From: Octopus vulgaris
Lineage: Eukaryota
Direction: 5' to 3'
Assembly: GCA_951406725.2 (NCBI GenBank)
Contig: OX597817.1
Location: 42,904,001-42,968,000, forward strand
DNA: 64,000 bases
In this document: in pieces, positions 13,141 to 26,714 of the stretch
How positions within the stretch are numbered: the stretch's first letter is position 1
Layout: the number at the start of each line of letters is the position of its first letter
Notes under the pieces: model-generated
What the model was told of the DNA's origin: nothing
The model's input: only the letters and a program-made list of their open reading frames with translations
Database searches by the model: none
Made by a program: the position numbers and the translations under genes

Positions 13141-14903
13141 GTATGTATATATATATATATATATATATATAATAATAACAATAATGATAATGATAATAAT
13201 AATAATGATAATAATAATATGTGACCTATATAGCTTTATATTTTCTCTATGGTTTCAATATTGTAAACACCCAATCAACTCTCTCTCTCTCTCTCTAATA
13301 ATACAAAAATTTTAGAATTATTAACTCTGGTATTCCTGTTCTGTTGATGGTAATTAAACATTTGAATTAAATATCACAAAAGGAAACATAATTTTACAAA
13401 ATATTGCTTTTTTATAGCTGAGAAATAATTCTATAAAATAATAGGATTTTTTTTTCTTTTTGGTTTTGTTTTTAAAGCCACTTTATTTGTCTACAATGCT
13501 GAGGTACATTTGGCTTTGTGTTCTGAGCTGTTCATTTAAATGTTATAATATCAATTTGCAATGCTAAATCAACTTATTTAAATATTTGGTAGAATGTATT
13601 GCAAACCCGTCCAACCCATTGCCAACATGGAAAAAAGAGAAAAATATTAAAATGATGGTTTGTGGTAACTATACAAATATCAATAGTGAAAGCTAAGAGT
13701 AATTTAGTCGATTCTTTAGTTACAAACATTAACGACCAAATGATTTAAAACTACTGATACTACCTTTATTTATTTTTTTTTTAATTATTGCAATTAAAAC
13801 AAATCTCCCACCTCCTGATTATTTTCCATGACTAACAAATTTGCATGTGTGTTGATATTTAGTTAATTTTAAATGAAGTAGCATTGGCTACAAAGTCTAA
13901 TAAAGTAAAAACGAAAATTTAAACAATTAGTTCAAGCCATATCTAAACTATCGTCCCTCTCGTTACATTCAGTTTGATCATTAAACAATAATGTATCAGT
14001 ATTTAAACATGACATGAACTGAATTAATTATCCCTGTTAATTTTGAAAACCCACCCACTGCCTCCAATGTAGTTATATGGACATACAACAGACAATACTG
14101 TTACATTTGTAGTAGGAATGTTGTAAAATAGCAATAAGGGGATTAGTAATATTCTCCAACCAAGTTTCTAAGAAAAACCTTTTCATTAAATGTGGAAGAA
14201 AATGCTTGTTGCAATGTTAGCGAATCTGTGAAAGGAAGGTGAGTGTCTAATGCACAAATACTTTTAAAATATTGCATTTGTTTTATCCAGAGGCCAGTTG
14301 CATTCCAAATATTTCTCTATTATTTTATTAAACTGTTCTTAGTAGATGAACATACCTTGTTATGGTGCGATATTGCATTATATGCACATTGAACTGTTGC
14401 AGTCTTGCTCTGTCCCCCAGTCTGTGTCAATTCCAAGAAATATTTAGAAAGCTATTAACTTTTAACATGGAGATGACAAATGCAAGTATATATATTTTTT
14501 TTTAATAAAAAAAAATTTATTCCATGGACAAAAAAAAAATATTTCATACAATATAATAATCAAAGGTAGGCAACTAACAAGTGGAGAGGGGGGGAAGAGT
14601 AAATGAGAGAAAGAGAACAAAAGAGTGAATATGTGTATAAGAATGGAAGAAGCATTACCTTTCCCTACCTTGACATTTTTCTTTCCCAAATTAGTCTTTC
14701 TTAACAATTTTACTTCATTTTTTTTTCCTGTATTAAGAAGCTCTGTGACTATTGATCTGTCTGCTACCAATTTCCCTTAGGATGCCTTTCAATGGTATAT
14801 GTTCCAGCATATCATGGCTCCACCAACCCTCTTATTGATTTCCCCTCTCCATTATTTTCTCTGTGGGGTTAATTATTTTTTAATGGAAAAAGTAATTGTA
14901 ACC

Positions 14904-14909
14904 AATAAA
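14904..14909 (+). terminator. Candidate distal poly(A) signal of SOS
   Basis: AATAAA with TGTA just upstream and GT/T-rich tract downstream; interspersed repeat density rises sharply after about 15.5 kb. Confidence 0.35.
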
Positions 14910-17761
14910 ACAAAATTGAACTATAAATTGTGTTGTATATTTTGCTATGTTCAATTACACATTTCCAGCTTTTGATTTTATGTATCCATATTCATACTGA
15001 TCTTAGAAATTTATTTCATGCCTTTCATTCAAATAATTAAAACAGCTAGAATCTACCATTGAATTATCCGACATTTTGTAAGGCCTATGAGATATCTCGT
15101 GTTACTGAAGTAATTCATTGAACAAAGTTTTATTGCCTCTACTGTCTTTTATTAATTACAAATCATTGCACTTGAAATTAGCATTGCATTTTATTTGCAA
15201 TGAGAAGAGTGCAAAAAATTACTGTCTCAGTTTATCAGATTCATTTTCACAGACAAATCAAATAGTAGATATAAATATTGGAATCCTACCAACTATTCAC
15301 TTGTATTCTTGTTTTAATCACAGTAAAATAATTACAAATGTTGGTATTACAAATTGCCACCTGTATAAATCCGTAGTTTCTTTCCTAGACATTGAGGTAC
15401 ATAATTTTATACTTTTAATGAAGATGGTATTAACCTTCTGTGAGGACTTTTGCCTTAATTTACTCTTAATAAAATCACAAGTGGCTATTCTACACTCAAG
15501 GCTTAGATACACTGTTCGCTTTCCAGACATTTGTACATTACTGCATATACTTTATACGCACTTTTGACAAGTTGTGGTGCACCTGAGTACTGTATACAAT
15601 AATTTCATTATTATTATTATGTTTTATTATAAATTTCTGCAATACCTGAGATGAGCTAAATACCAGTTTGCTTCTCTACTGATTTCATATAAGTTTATGT
15701 TTCCTGTTTTAAAGAGTCACAGTTAAACACAACATTTCAAGCAAAGTCTTCTGGAATATGTTTCATTTTTCAGAATTGTCTCTTTCTCCATGATACTGCT
15801 GGACAGACATTAGAGGGTTATGGATTAAGAACATAACTTAGAAATTAAGAAACTTCAAGACTGGATTAGTTTAATGGTATATCTGAATTTGGTTTTTTTC
15901 TTCCTTATATCAGTAATTCTTTCTAATTCTGTCACAAGACCAACAATTTTGAAGGTAGTCGGCAAGTTGATTACATTGACCCCAGTGAATGACTCCTACT
16001 TTGTTTTATTAATCCTAAAAGGATGAAAGATAAAGTTGACCTTGGTTCGAGTTGAACTCAGAACATAATGAGCCAGGAGAAATGCCATTAAACATTTTGC
16101 CTGATATGCTAACAATTCTGCCAGCTCGCTGCTTCCTTATATATCAATAACTAAAACATTTGATAAAATACCTGCAACAAAATATTTTCACAGCACGTGT
16201 TTTGAAATACTGAGTAATTTAAATAAATTACTCAGAACAGATTGAACTGAGTCTAACTCAGTTTTCTATTGTAGCTATTCATCTCACATTAAAAGTGTAA
16301 AAGCATGAACATCACATCTACTTCCTCTGAAGTCATTAGGGCTAATTAATGACTCATTGGTAAATATTGCTGATTAGAAATATTAGTCAAAACAAAATAG
16401 AGATGCAATTTTTCCCCTTTTTTCCTTTTTTTTTTTTTCACTGGTGTGTGAAATAATTTATCAAATCTTAACAGTAAGGATATTAACAAACATGAAAAAA
16501 AAAAATGAAATGAAAAATAAATATTTTCTGGTAATTTTTTTTTCCTTATTTGTTTCTTAGCATGAGTTGAATATGTTTGTAAATTTAGTTATTTGCATGG
16601 TTTATTGTTTAAATGCTTAATAACATTTCTTGAAATCAATTATTTAGCCCTAAAATAGATTAAGGCTTATAAAATAGAAATATGTCACTCATCTCTCTCT
16701 CTCCATCCCTATTTCCCCTCCTTGGTCTACATGTCTTAGGTTCCTGAGCACTCTCCACATTTCTTATGCACAATACCCCTGCCTCCCTTGCTGGTGCCCC
16801 AATGAAAGGCTGACAAATCACATTACCTCCAGAGCAAGACAACCTCTCTCGTGCTGGTTCCACATACAATGTACTCACCACACATTTAAAGTGGTTGGTA
16901 AACGCATAGAGAAAGCATAGGGCTTTCAGTTCCTTTAAGTCCTGTCTTACCAAAGTTTGTTTCATCTCTTTAGGATTGGTGTCATGAGAAAATACCCTCT
17001 GTAAAGTGGCTGGTGGTTGGAAAGGCATCCATTCCATAGAAACCAAGCCAAATGATACTCATGAGTGGGAACAGTGGATCTCAATAAGAAATGACTCAGA
17101 CCATGATGGCCTGATGCCAGTATGGGGAATGAACATAAAATGGTGGGTGATGATTCTTGGAAATTTATCCAGGCTGTAAAATTCCACTCATGGATTTCTG
17201 TCTATCTTAACCTAATAACAGCATATTTGGGTGAAATTTGCCAAATAATTTGCTTTAAATAGTCCCCAGCTGGACCCAGAATGCATTGATGATAATCATT
17301 AACTCAAAAGAAAGTCCATCAACTGCTTGTTAACCTCTGTTTTGGAGCATGTAAGGTCCTGTAGCTCATGAGTGTCTTTGCTAAAAGTTGGCTTCTCTAC
17401 CGGCACCAACAGTTCCATCACAATTTACTCACCAAGTACAAAAGCATCTGTAGTTGCTGCTTCAAACTAGCAAAGCCCTCAGCATTGGCAATATCTCATT
17501 TCTTTTTAAACAGTGCAGTGTAGTAGAGCTAGTCTCTATCCTTACCTAACTTTTCAATTTGTCTCATTCTGTAGGATTTATTGCAATCTTTGGGAAATTA
17601 CCACAGTGTGTCTCCAAGAATGACAATCCTTTCAATCTTGTTCATCTATTTCACTTTCCACCCTCCCTCTTTAATGATCAGAAGTATGGCTTCTGTACAA
17701 CCTGATCTATTGCTCTTGAGAATTCCAATAAATTACACTTGATGTCAGTGCTATCTGATGA

Positions 17762-17963
17762 AGCTGGCAGAAACGTGCCAGCTGAAATGCTTAGCGGTAT
17801 TTCGTCTATCTTTACGTTCTGAGTTCAAATTCCACTGAGGTCGATTTTTGCCTTTCATCCTTTCAGGGTTGATAAATTAAGTACCAGTTGCGTACTGAGA
17901 TCGATCTAATTGATTGGCTCTCTCCCCAAATTTCAGGCCTTTAGCCTAGAGTAGAAAAGAATA
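17762..17963 (+). mobile_element. SINE family A
   Basis: agctggcagaaacg..gagttcaaattcc..gcctttcatcc..cctagagtagaaaagaata. Confidence 0.85.
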
Positions 17964-19094
17964 TTTGTTGATGACGCTGCCTGTGATCCAACTCTAATGT
18001 ATTCCAAGGTTTATTTGTCTTTCATAATCTTCCTTCTGTGCATTAATGACAAATGTACTTCTAACAATGCTTGTTCTCTAATCCAGAGGATACCATTCCC
18101 ATTAGTAGGAGTGGTCTCTGCCTGATCTTTGTCCAAACTGGCCAGATCCAGCTTCTCACACCTACCCAACAATGTCAGTCCACACATAAACAATCCCATC
18201 GTTGAATTTTCAAAGCTACAATATAGTGCAGAATGAATTCAAAACAATGTGAATAAATAAGCATTACATTTGACAGAGGATTACTTTAGGGTTAAACTGA
18301 ATGCTAAACTTCTATACACAAAAAAAAACATCTGCCACCATGAACTAACAGTCTGGTATCATTCATCATCATCGTTTAACGTTCGCTTTCCATGCTGGCA
18401 TGGGTTGGACAATTTGACTGAGGACTGGCGAACCAGATGGCTGCACCAGGCTCCATACAAAGACATAATTCCTGCACATATCAAGGAAAACAATTCTGTG
18501 AACCATTCTTTCTTGCTAAAAATATACAAATAAATCCTGAAAGCCTTGCTAAGTCCCACACTATTTCCTGACAACCCCATGTGCTAACTTTTGTTTTTAT
18601 GACTAGAAAGTACTTTATCTCTGATCAGTTCCTGATCTTCTACAAAGCTCAAGTAATACTCGCAATGGTGTACTTCCCCCACACATGGAACACTGTTGTT
18701 TATGTTGGACATACAAACATCCTTAACCTCATCCAAAAGCTGACTAACAAAGACTCATTTACTAACACACATCCTATCTTCTCTCACAAATTCTATAGCT
18801 ACTAGAAGAGTTTCTATGTGTTGCAGAATGAACAATTTAGTCCGAAGGAGGTGGGAGTGGAATGAAAGTTAATGACGATGGTTAGTATTTTGGCCATGCT
18901 ATCAGGGCTTAGGAAGTCTATGCCAACATCTTCAATAGCTGGGTAAACAGAAAATGGGCTCATGGGCAGCAAAGATGAAGAATGAATAATAATGATGTCA
19001 AGGACATGTGGTGAGGATCCTGAAGTATCCAGTTGCGGTAAGAGACCACAGTGTGAGGTTCCTGATCTTCATCCATAAGGATGAGCATATTCTG

Positions 19095-19490
19095 TTACTT
19101 TTTTATTGCTCACAGGGGGATAAACATAGAGGGGACAGACAAAGGGATTAAGTCGATTAGATTGACCCCAGTGCGCAACTGGTACTTAATTTATCGACCC
19201 CGAAAGGATGAAAGGCAAAGTCGACCTCGGCAGAATTTGAACTCAGAACATAACAGCAGACGAAATACCTATTTCTTTACTACCCACAAGGGGCTAAATA
19301 CAGAGAGGACAAACAAGGTCAGGCAAACGGATTAAGTCGATTATATTGACCCCAGTGCGTAACTGGTACTTATTTAATCGACCCCGAAAGGATGAAAGGC
19401 AAAGTCGACCTTGGCAGAATTTGAACTCAGAACATAGCGGCAGACGAAATACCGATGTGTGCTAATGTTTCTGCCAGCTCGCCGCCTTAA
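19095..19490 (-). mobile_element. SINE family A multimer
   Basis: Two copies of the core separated by the gacagac..gattaagtcgat segment; head ends at gctcgccgcc. Confidence 0.85.
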
Positions 19491-20394
19491 TTGGGCATAT
19501 TCTGTTTCTCTGAGGTAAGAGACATTTTAGTATAGCTTGTTTGGCATCACTGAGATTTAACATCAGATGTTTTAATGCTTCTCTCTCTCTCTGAACATCT
19601 ACTTGTGTTTGTATGTATGTGTAAGTTTGCTTCCACTGCCAAGACATGTTGAATGTCCACTCAGACTGTTAGTGTCCAAACAGCTGCACCAAATTGTCTC
19701 ATTTCAATTTCTCAGGACTAGGTAGTTGCATATCAACTTCTTTCTAGGCCCATCAATATTTCCTCTTGCTATCTTTACTGTGTCTCAAACACATTAATCA
19801 CTATACTCAACCTTAACTTCCCAGTCTTAAACCTTGGGAATTCTCTCCTTACAGGCACCGATTTACAGACGTCCTTGATCTCACCAATTTCAAAGAACAT
19901 AGACACAGAGCCTGCCCAGGAGTAAACCATAAAAAAACAGGGGAAGCTGGCTCTGCTTATACTATGTCACACCACATAAGACCTCTCAACCCATTCGAAG
20001 GTGAAGCTAATTGTCTTAGCTTTCTCTGTCTGTTGTACGATGTATCAAATAAAGCCTCATATTTTATTATAACTAATTAATTGTCATCAGCTAATAGCAA
20101 TAAAACTAAAATTTGTAGACATAATTCGAAACTAGTTTTTCAGATCATAATGTATTGGGCTCACATTTTTTCCCATTTAGACACAAGCATAGAAGAAGCA
20201 CAAACATGAATGAGGTACAGACATAACTGTGGAGGCACAGACATTAGCTGTGAAAATAAATTTGCTTTCTCAACCATATGAGCTTCAAGTTCAATCCCAC
20301 TGAAAAGTACTTTGAGCAAGTGTCTTCTGCAACAGCCTTTGGCTGACCAATGTCTTGTGAAGGAATTTGGTTGATGGAAAGTGGAAGAAACCAT

Positions 20395-20594
20395 ATACTC
20401 TTTTACTTGTTTCAGTCATTTGACTGTGGCCATGCTGGAGCACCGCCTTTTTAGTGAAGCAAAACGACCCCAGGACTTATTTTTTGTAAGCCTAGTACTT
20501 ATTCTATTGGTCTCTTATGCTGAACCACTAAGTTACGGGGGACGTAAACACACTAGCATTGGTTGTCAAGCGATGTTGGGGAGGACAAACACAG

Positions 20595-20628
<34 letters not shown>

Positions 20629-20852
20629 GTGTGTAGCGGTGCATCAGCATGGCCACAGCTCTGAGTTGAAACTACAGATAAAAATATATATATACAACGG
20701 GCTTCTTTCAGTTTCCATCTACCAAATCCACTCCCAAGGCTTTGGCCAGCCTGAGGCCACAGTAGAAGACACTTGCCAAAGGTGCCATGCAATGGGACTG
20801 AACCTGGAACCATGTGGTTGGTAATCAAGCTACTTACTACACAGCCACTCCT
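20395..20852 (-). mobile_element. tRNA-derived SINE (family 'B') with central microsatellite
   Basis: Minus strand ggagtggctgtgtagtaag head, ggcaagtgtcttctac core, (TA/TG)n, tail ending gactgaaacaagtaaaagagta; similar copies at about 21985-22390, 48957-49525, 51228-51665, 53530-54460, 54590-55005. Confidence 0.85.
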
Positions 20853-23337
20853 GTATGTATGTTAAAACTTATGCAGTGCTATGGCTTCGAGGGATGATGC
20901 CATTATTTGTCATTGGACTGCATCTGGTGACATTTCTTGTCAATCAATCATCTGCTAGCTCAGCATTTCAAAACCCATGAAATAAAAATCCCTTATTTGA
21001 AAAAAAAAAAAAGGATAGTACAGATTGAGAGAACATCCTCATAGTTACTTGATCTGCTAGCAAAAGTAGCCAAATCACCCCCTGCTGACATGAAAAGGAC
21101 ATCATCACAATTGTTATCTTTTGCTGTCCATGTCCCATGCTGATATAATTAGATTATGTACTCTGAAAAGACAAAATATTTACTGTTAGAATGCCTTTGG
21201 GGATAAAAAAAAAAAAAAAAGCAATAATTCATAGTCACTGCATTTCATTATTCTTCTTCTCTGAGTTGTTTGTCTTCCTGATTCCTTTCCTTAGAATTAC
21301 AAGATCATCATTCTGAGGATTTACATGTAGCTCTTATTTCCATCAATCTTTACAGCAGACAAACTTCAAACTGATCAAGTTTTCTATTAATTGCACCAAT
21401 CTATCAAATTACTCTCTTGTACTTATCATGTTTGCCCTCTTTGAACACTTTCATTGTTGGTCTCCTGTTTCAAAGCAGTCTTTTGCCACTGTTGTATCTG
21501 TCTTTTGACGACGGTTGTTGCTCTGACTGATATCATTATATTCCGAAGTTATATAGAATGTTTCCTTCTGGCACTGTATGACCCCCAGTCGTACAATGTT
21601 ATTATCCTCAAAAGGTCCACTTATAACGTCCACTCAGTCTCACAGCATGATTACTATATCAGCACAGACACGACCATCAACACAGCCTACACAACTCTCA
21701 ACCTTTAATCTTCTGTCAACCAGCTACTGGTCTATTTACAATGGCTGGCTATAACTACTTTTTACCGGGAAGAGTGTACAGTTTCACTATACAACATGCA
21801 AATCCAATTTGCAATATTTATGATCTCAAAGGCAGCGAGTTGGCAGAAACGTTAGCACGCCTGATGAAATGCTAAGCGGTATTTCGTCCGCCGCTACTTT
21901 CTGATTTCAAATTCTGCTGAGGTCAACTTTGCCTTTCATCCTTTTGGGGTCAATTAAATAAGTACAGTAACAGATACTGTATTAATTATCTTTTAATTGT
22001 TTTAATCAATAGACTGCAGACCTGCTGGAGCACTGCCTTGAGTTTTTAGTCAGATGAATCGACCCCAGTACATTTTTTTTTTCAAGACTGGTAATCTATC
22101 AGTTTCATTTGTTGAGCCACTAAGTTAGAGACATAAACACAACACCGATTCTCAAGCAGTGGTTGGGGACAAAGGGACACACACTATATATATATATATA
22201 TACATACATACACACACACATGTACATACATATACATACATGATGGGCTTCTTTCAGTCTACCAAATCCACTCACAAGGTTTTAATTGGTCTGAGACTAT
22301 AATAGAAGACAGTTGCCCAAGATGCCACACTGGGACTGAACCCAGAACCATGTGGTTGGGAAGCAAGCTTCTTACCACACAGCCACATCCTTTCAAGGAG
22401 AATGAAAAATTTTAGGTATGACATAAAAACAGTTGTGGTATCTGTTAAAAATAAAATTAAAGAAAATGTAATGGAATTATATTTATTATTTTTCATTTTT
22501 TACTTTAGAAAAAAAACAAACATTTATACAGTATAAACAAATTTGGAATTTAATATTTCCATTTTCATCTTGTACCAGAAAGACAACAAACGAATAAGAC
22601 CATGTTTTATGAAAAGTTATACTGACTGGCAATCAGAATTGATTGAAGTTGATTTGTAATTAATAGCTGCTTTAATTTAAGAGAAAAAAAAATGTAACCT
22701 CCTTCAATGGGATTTAGGAGAAAATAAAATTGATCACAAATATTATGTCGTTCGTGAATATGAGAGAAAATTATGAACACTCTGAAGATATCTGATATTG
22801 AAATCAAGAGATTGCTATCTTTTGGAGACAATTTCTTGAAATTTTTAAAGAATACAAGATCCAACAGAGCCTAAACATTTAAGTTTACACCAACTAACCA
22901 ATAGACTGCAATATTCCAGAGACCTTAGATATTCAGTAAATGCCATCTGGTGATAAGTTGGAAAGAAAATTCTGTCATTATCAGGGGGTTTTCTTTATTT
23001 AGTTATTTGAAACAAATTACTTAAAATGTTTGCATGTTTATAGACTTATATAGACTTGAAACAAGCCTGCTACTTTGATGAAAATTTAAACATATCTCAT
23101 ATATATATCTCACAATTTGTGAACAATAGCATTGTTGGTTACAGGTTACCAATGAGTCAATCACAAGTTCACAGTATTTCACAAGGCGAGAACGACAAGT
23201 AAGTATCTTTAGCTTGGTGCAGAACAAATATTACAAAGAACTCTTGAAAAGCACCAGTTTAACTCACTGATATTTACAGCTTTCAATGATATAAGTTGGC
23301 AAAAGATCTACACACATGAAATATATGTATGTGTGCG

Positions 23338-23384
<47 letters not shown>

Positions 23385-25838
23385 GTCCAAAAGTTGCTGT
23401 TTGTTGACAAATGTGGAAGAGAGTATTCAATATATAGTGCAAATTATATGGTTTTGCTGTGTCTTAGGAAAGTCATTATGCCATTAATAATAAACACACA
23501 CACAGGTTCAACTCCACTTCTTTGTTAGTCAATTGGTTAACTGTGTGTTTGTTATTATCAATGGCATAATGACTCTCCCAAGACACAGCAACATTTCACA
23601 TCAAGAATCTTGCAAACCAAATACAAAATTATATGGTTTATTTAACTTGAATTCAACCTACCTTGCAACTCAATGATCAAGTCACAGCCAAACAAAGATA
23701 TATAATTATCCTCATAAAGCAAAGTATGTGTGTATATAATATATATATATATACATACACACACACATATGTATACACATAAATTTATGTGTATACACAC
23801 ACACCTATGCCTGTATGCATATATGCACACATACACAGAAATACTTATGATGGTGTACAGGCATGTTGTAAGTCCACTTTGGCATGATGGAGCCCTAGTT
23901 CCTATCAGAACATCTGTCTAAGAGAAGGATATACTGATTGTGAAACTTGAGAACCATTCAATTTCTTGTCATCCCAGCTGATACTAGACCACCAGGAGGG
24001 AAACTTTCCTAGTTAAAAAGTGATAGCAGTTCTGTATTTGCTTCACAATAATTTCCATGCACAGAAACTTGTTGAAAAACACAAATCTCTCACAAAGCCC
24101 TGCTGTGACAGGATGTTGTAGCACAAACAGTCTTGAGAAGCATGAAGTATGTAATTTCAAATATGGGTATTGGCTCCTCCTTTTCTAAATGAGGGAGAGA
24201 TTCGGTGGCACCCAGAATGACTGAGCAACCATTTCTAGGGATAGCAATGCTCACCTGTTACCCATGAAGGGTCAAAAGAAAGGTGATCGAAACAACGGTT
24301 CCCTGATTCTGAAATAAACCAAGAATGCCCAGTGGTTGTCCTGTCTGTGATAGCTTCCAAGAAGTGGTCATGTTAGGACACAACTTGGCATACACACATA
24401 CAAATATATCTATATATATGTGCATACACACACACACATATATATATACACACATGCATGTGTCAACACATGCATATATATACACACACACATATGTGTA
24501 TACAACATCACATCACTTTAATGTCCACTTTCTCTTGTTGGCTTAACTCAGATGTAATTCTTTGAGGCAGACTTTTTATGGCTGGGTCCCCTCCCTATAT
24601 ATGTGTGTGTGTGCTGCATGCTGTGTTTATTAAACTAATGACATTACTTTCTTTAAAACCTATGAAAATATGTAGAACATAAGTCAAACGAAAAAATTCA
24701 TTGTAGCCATAAACACATTTAACCAAGTGCAAATAACTACCAGACATTTGTTGACATCTTACAATTATTTTTTTTTTAAATCTCAGGATTCAAAACTACA
24801 GAATTGTTTTATATAAAATATTCTGCAATTTTGTATGTGAAACATTATCATTCATAGCTTTCTACCATATCAAATACAAAATATTGTTCAGTTTTATTTC
24901 TTCTGGAAACACAATAGTCAATTTCATATTAAGAAGAAAAGGATTACTTTCACCTTTGTTTTTGTAAAAACAAAATCGGAAAAATAATCATGTAGTGAAA
25001 CAAGAAACAAAAGAATTAATGAGGTTTCAACAAAAAAGAGCAAAAATCTTGCATACCATACATCTAAATTTTAAGATCACATTCACATTTATACATGTAA
25101 AAAAAAAAAAAAACCCCTTGACACTAAGAGTCAGAATAAACTCAATATTATTGACTGCAATGAATGGCAGAAACAAAGGATCAAAATAAGTCTTAATTAA
25201 CTGCTTTGGTCAAATTAATTAATTGTACCTCCTACAAAAAAATATGACTGTGCTAAGTCAAAAAAAAAAATCATTATTAATAATTTAATTACTAGTAGTA
25301 TCTAGTGATAGAACCCTCATCTGGTGGTTATATTCAACAATATATATTAATTAAAGTGTTTAACTTGATTATCAGCAGAATAGTTCCATTTTTAAATGGG
25401 AATGAGAACATAATTGAAACAACATGGTTAGAACGAAGAACTTATACAAACGAAAACAAAAATCTGCTTTCAGTTTGAAGTTTTAACATAATACCAACTG
25501 ATCAGCATTCATTCCCAAATATCATAAACAGAAGTACGTCACAAAAGACATTGTATTTCATCTTTAGATGGACTGAAATCCACAAAAGCATTTCAGAAAA
25601 TATCACCACCATGCATCAAATTAGTACATTCAAACACAGCCAAATATTCTACACTACTAAATCATTAATACAAATAAACTACAGAAGTAAAAATAAATAT
25701 AATAGCAGTAAAGCAATCAGCACTAAACTATTTTCCCATATACTATCCTACCTTGAACAAATCCTTTCAATTTGAAAAAAGAAACCATTACTATTTATGG
25801 GTTCAAAATCATAGTGTCCAGCATTCACTTTTAGGCGA

Positions 25839-26714
25839 TCAAGATTTTGGTTTCAAGTAAGTTAACAAAAATTCATAAGAAGCATTAATAATTCCCCATG
25901 ACATAAATGATCTTATGTAATTGATATGCATTCCTCGTAATAAGTTAATCCGTGAATAATTACGTTCGGCAAGCAGTATGCAGTAAGTATTGTAAATACT
26001 GATAAATTTACATCCAAATTCTGACTGCATGCGTGTTTTGATAGCATTTAATGGAAACAAAACAGTACTAATGACAGCACCTAATAAAGCTCCACTTATA
26101 AAGTCTTGCCCAATTATTTGTAATTTATTTTCCGCATCTGGAAGATATCCTTTGATATGGTCCCGCCCCAAAAAGAAACAAACATTGCTCGGTCCATTTC
26201 TCAAAAGAATAGCAGTCAAACCACGGTAGTATTCCCTTAGTCCGTAAGCACTTGTCATTCGAAATGCTTCAAAGGTGTTCTGAAAACGTTTATGGTAAGT
26301 TTGATCTTGCATAAGTGTCTGTATGCGCTCAAAAGGTGTCAAAATAGCTTCTGTAGTTCCAGCAAAAAATGCAGCAGTGCCTTTCCTGACATCTGTTGGC
26401 AGATAAGTTTTCCTCAAGAGTATTTCATTGTAATTCTGGTAAATTCCAAACATAGCTGCAACAGACGTTGACTTTTGTAACAAAGGGGGCAGAAGCCCAC
26501 GGTATAAATGGCGTAGACCTTCATTATAAATTTGTTTATAAGCAGTCACACTACTTACACCATAGAGCTGCTGACGAAATGTCACCTTGTTAATGGGAAA
26601 TGTGACAGTAATGTTGATAAAGGCAGCACCATAACCACACAAAAATTCAGCATAGCTTCTGCATCCTTTCATTAAAATTGGTATTTCAGAATTACTTAAG
26701 TTTGATGGATCCAT
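25839..26714 (-). CDS. SLC25A51: Mitochondrial carrier, SLC25A51/MCART1-like (NAD+ transporter), 291 aa, single coding exon
   Basis: Three carrier repeats with divergent signatures FPINKVTFRQQ, TPFERIQTLMQ, FPLNAIKTRMQ; EFLCGYGAAFINITVTFP, LYRGLLPPLLQK and RSFMSWGIINASYE match the SLC25A51 family; splice acceptor tttcttacag 26 nt upstream of ATG. Confidence 0.9.
   Translation of the reverse strand: MDPSNLSNSEIPILMKGCRSYAEFLCGYGAAFINITVTFPINKVTFRQQLYGVSSVTAYKQIYNEGLRHLYRGLLPPLLQKSTSVAAMFGIYQNYNEILLRKTYLPTDVRKGTAAFFAGTTEAILTPFERIQTLMQDQTYHKRFQNTFEAFRMTSAYGLREYYRGLTAILLRNGPSNVCFFLGRDHIKGYLPDAENKLQIIGQDFISGALLGAVISTVLFPLNAIKTRMQSEFGCKFISIYNTYCILLAERNYSRINLLRGMHINYIRSFMSWGIINASYEFLLTYLKPKS

Noticed and set aside
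7661-13315. Many 60-200 aa ORFs (YIYI, THTH, poly-I/L)
   Set aside because: Microsatellite translations after the SOS stop; the same applies at 34-35, 42-43, 48 and 53-54 kb
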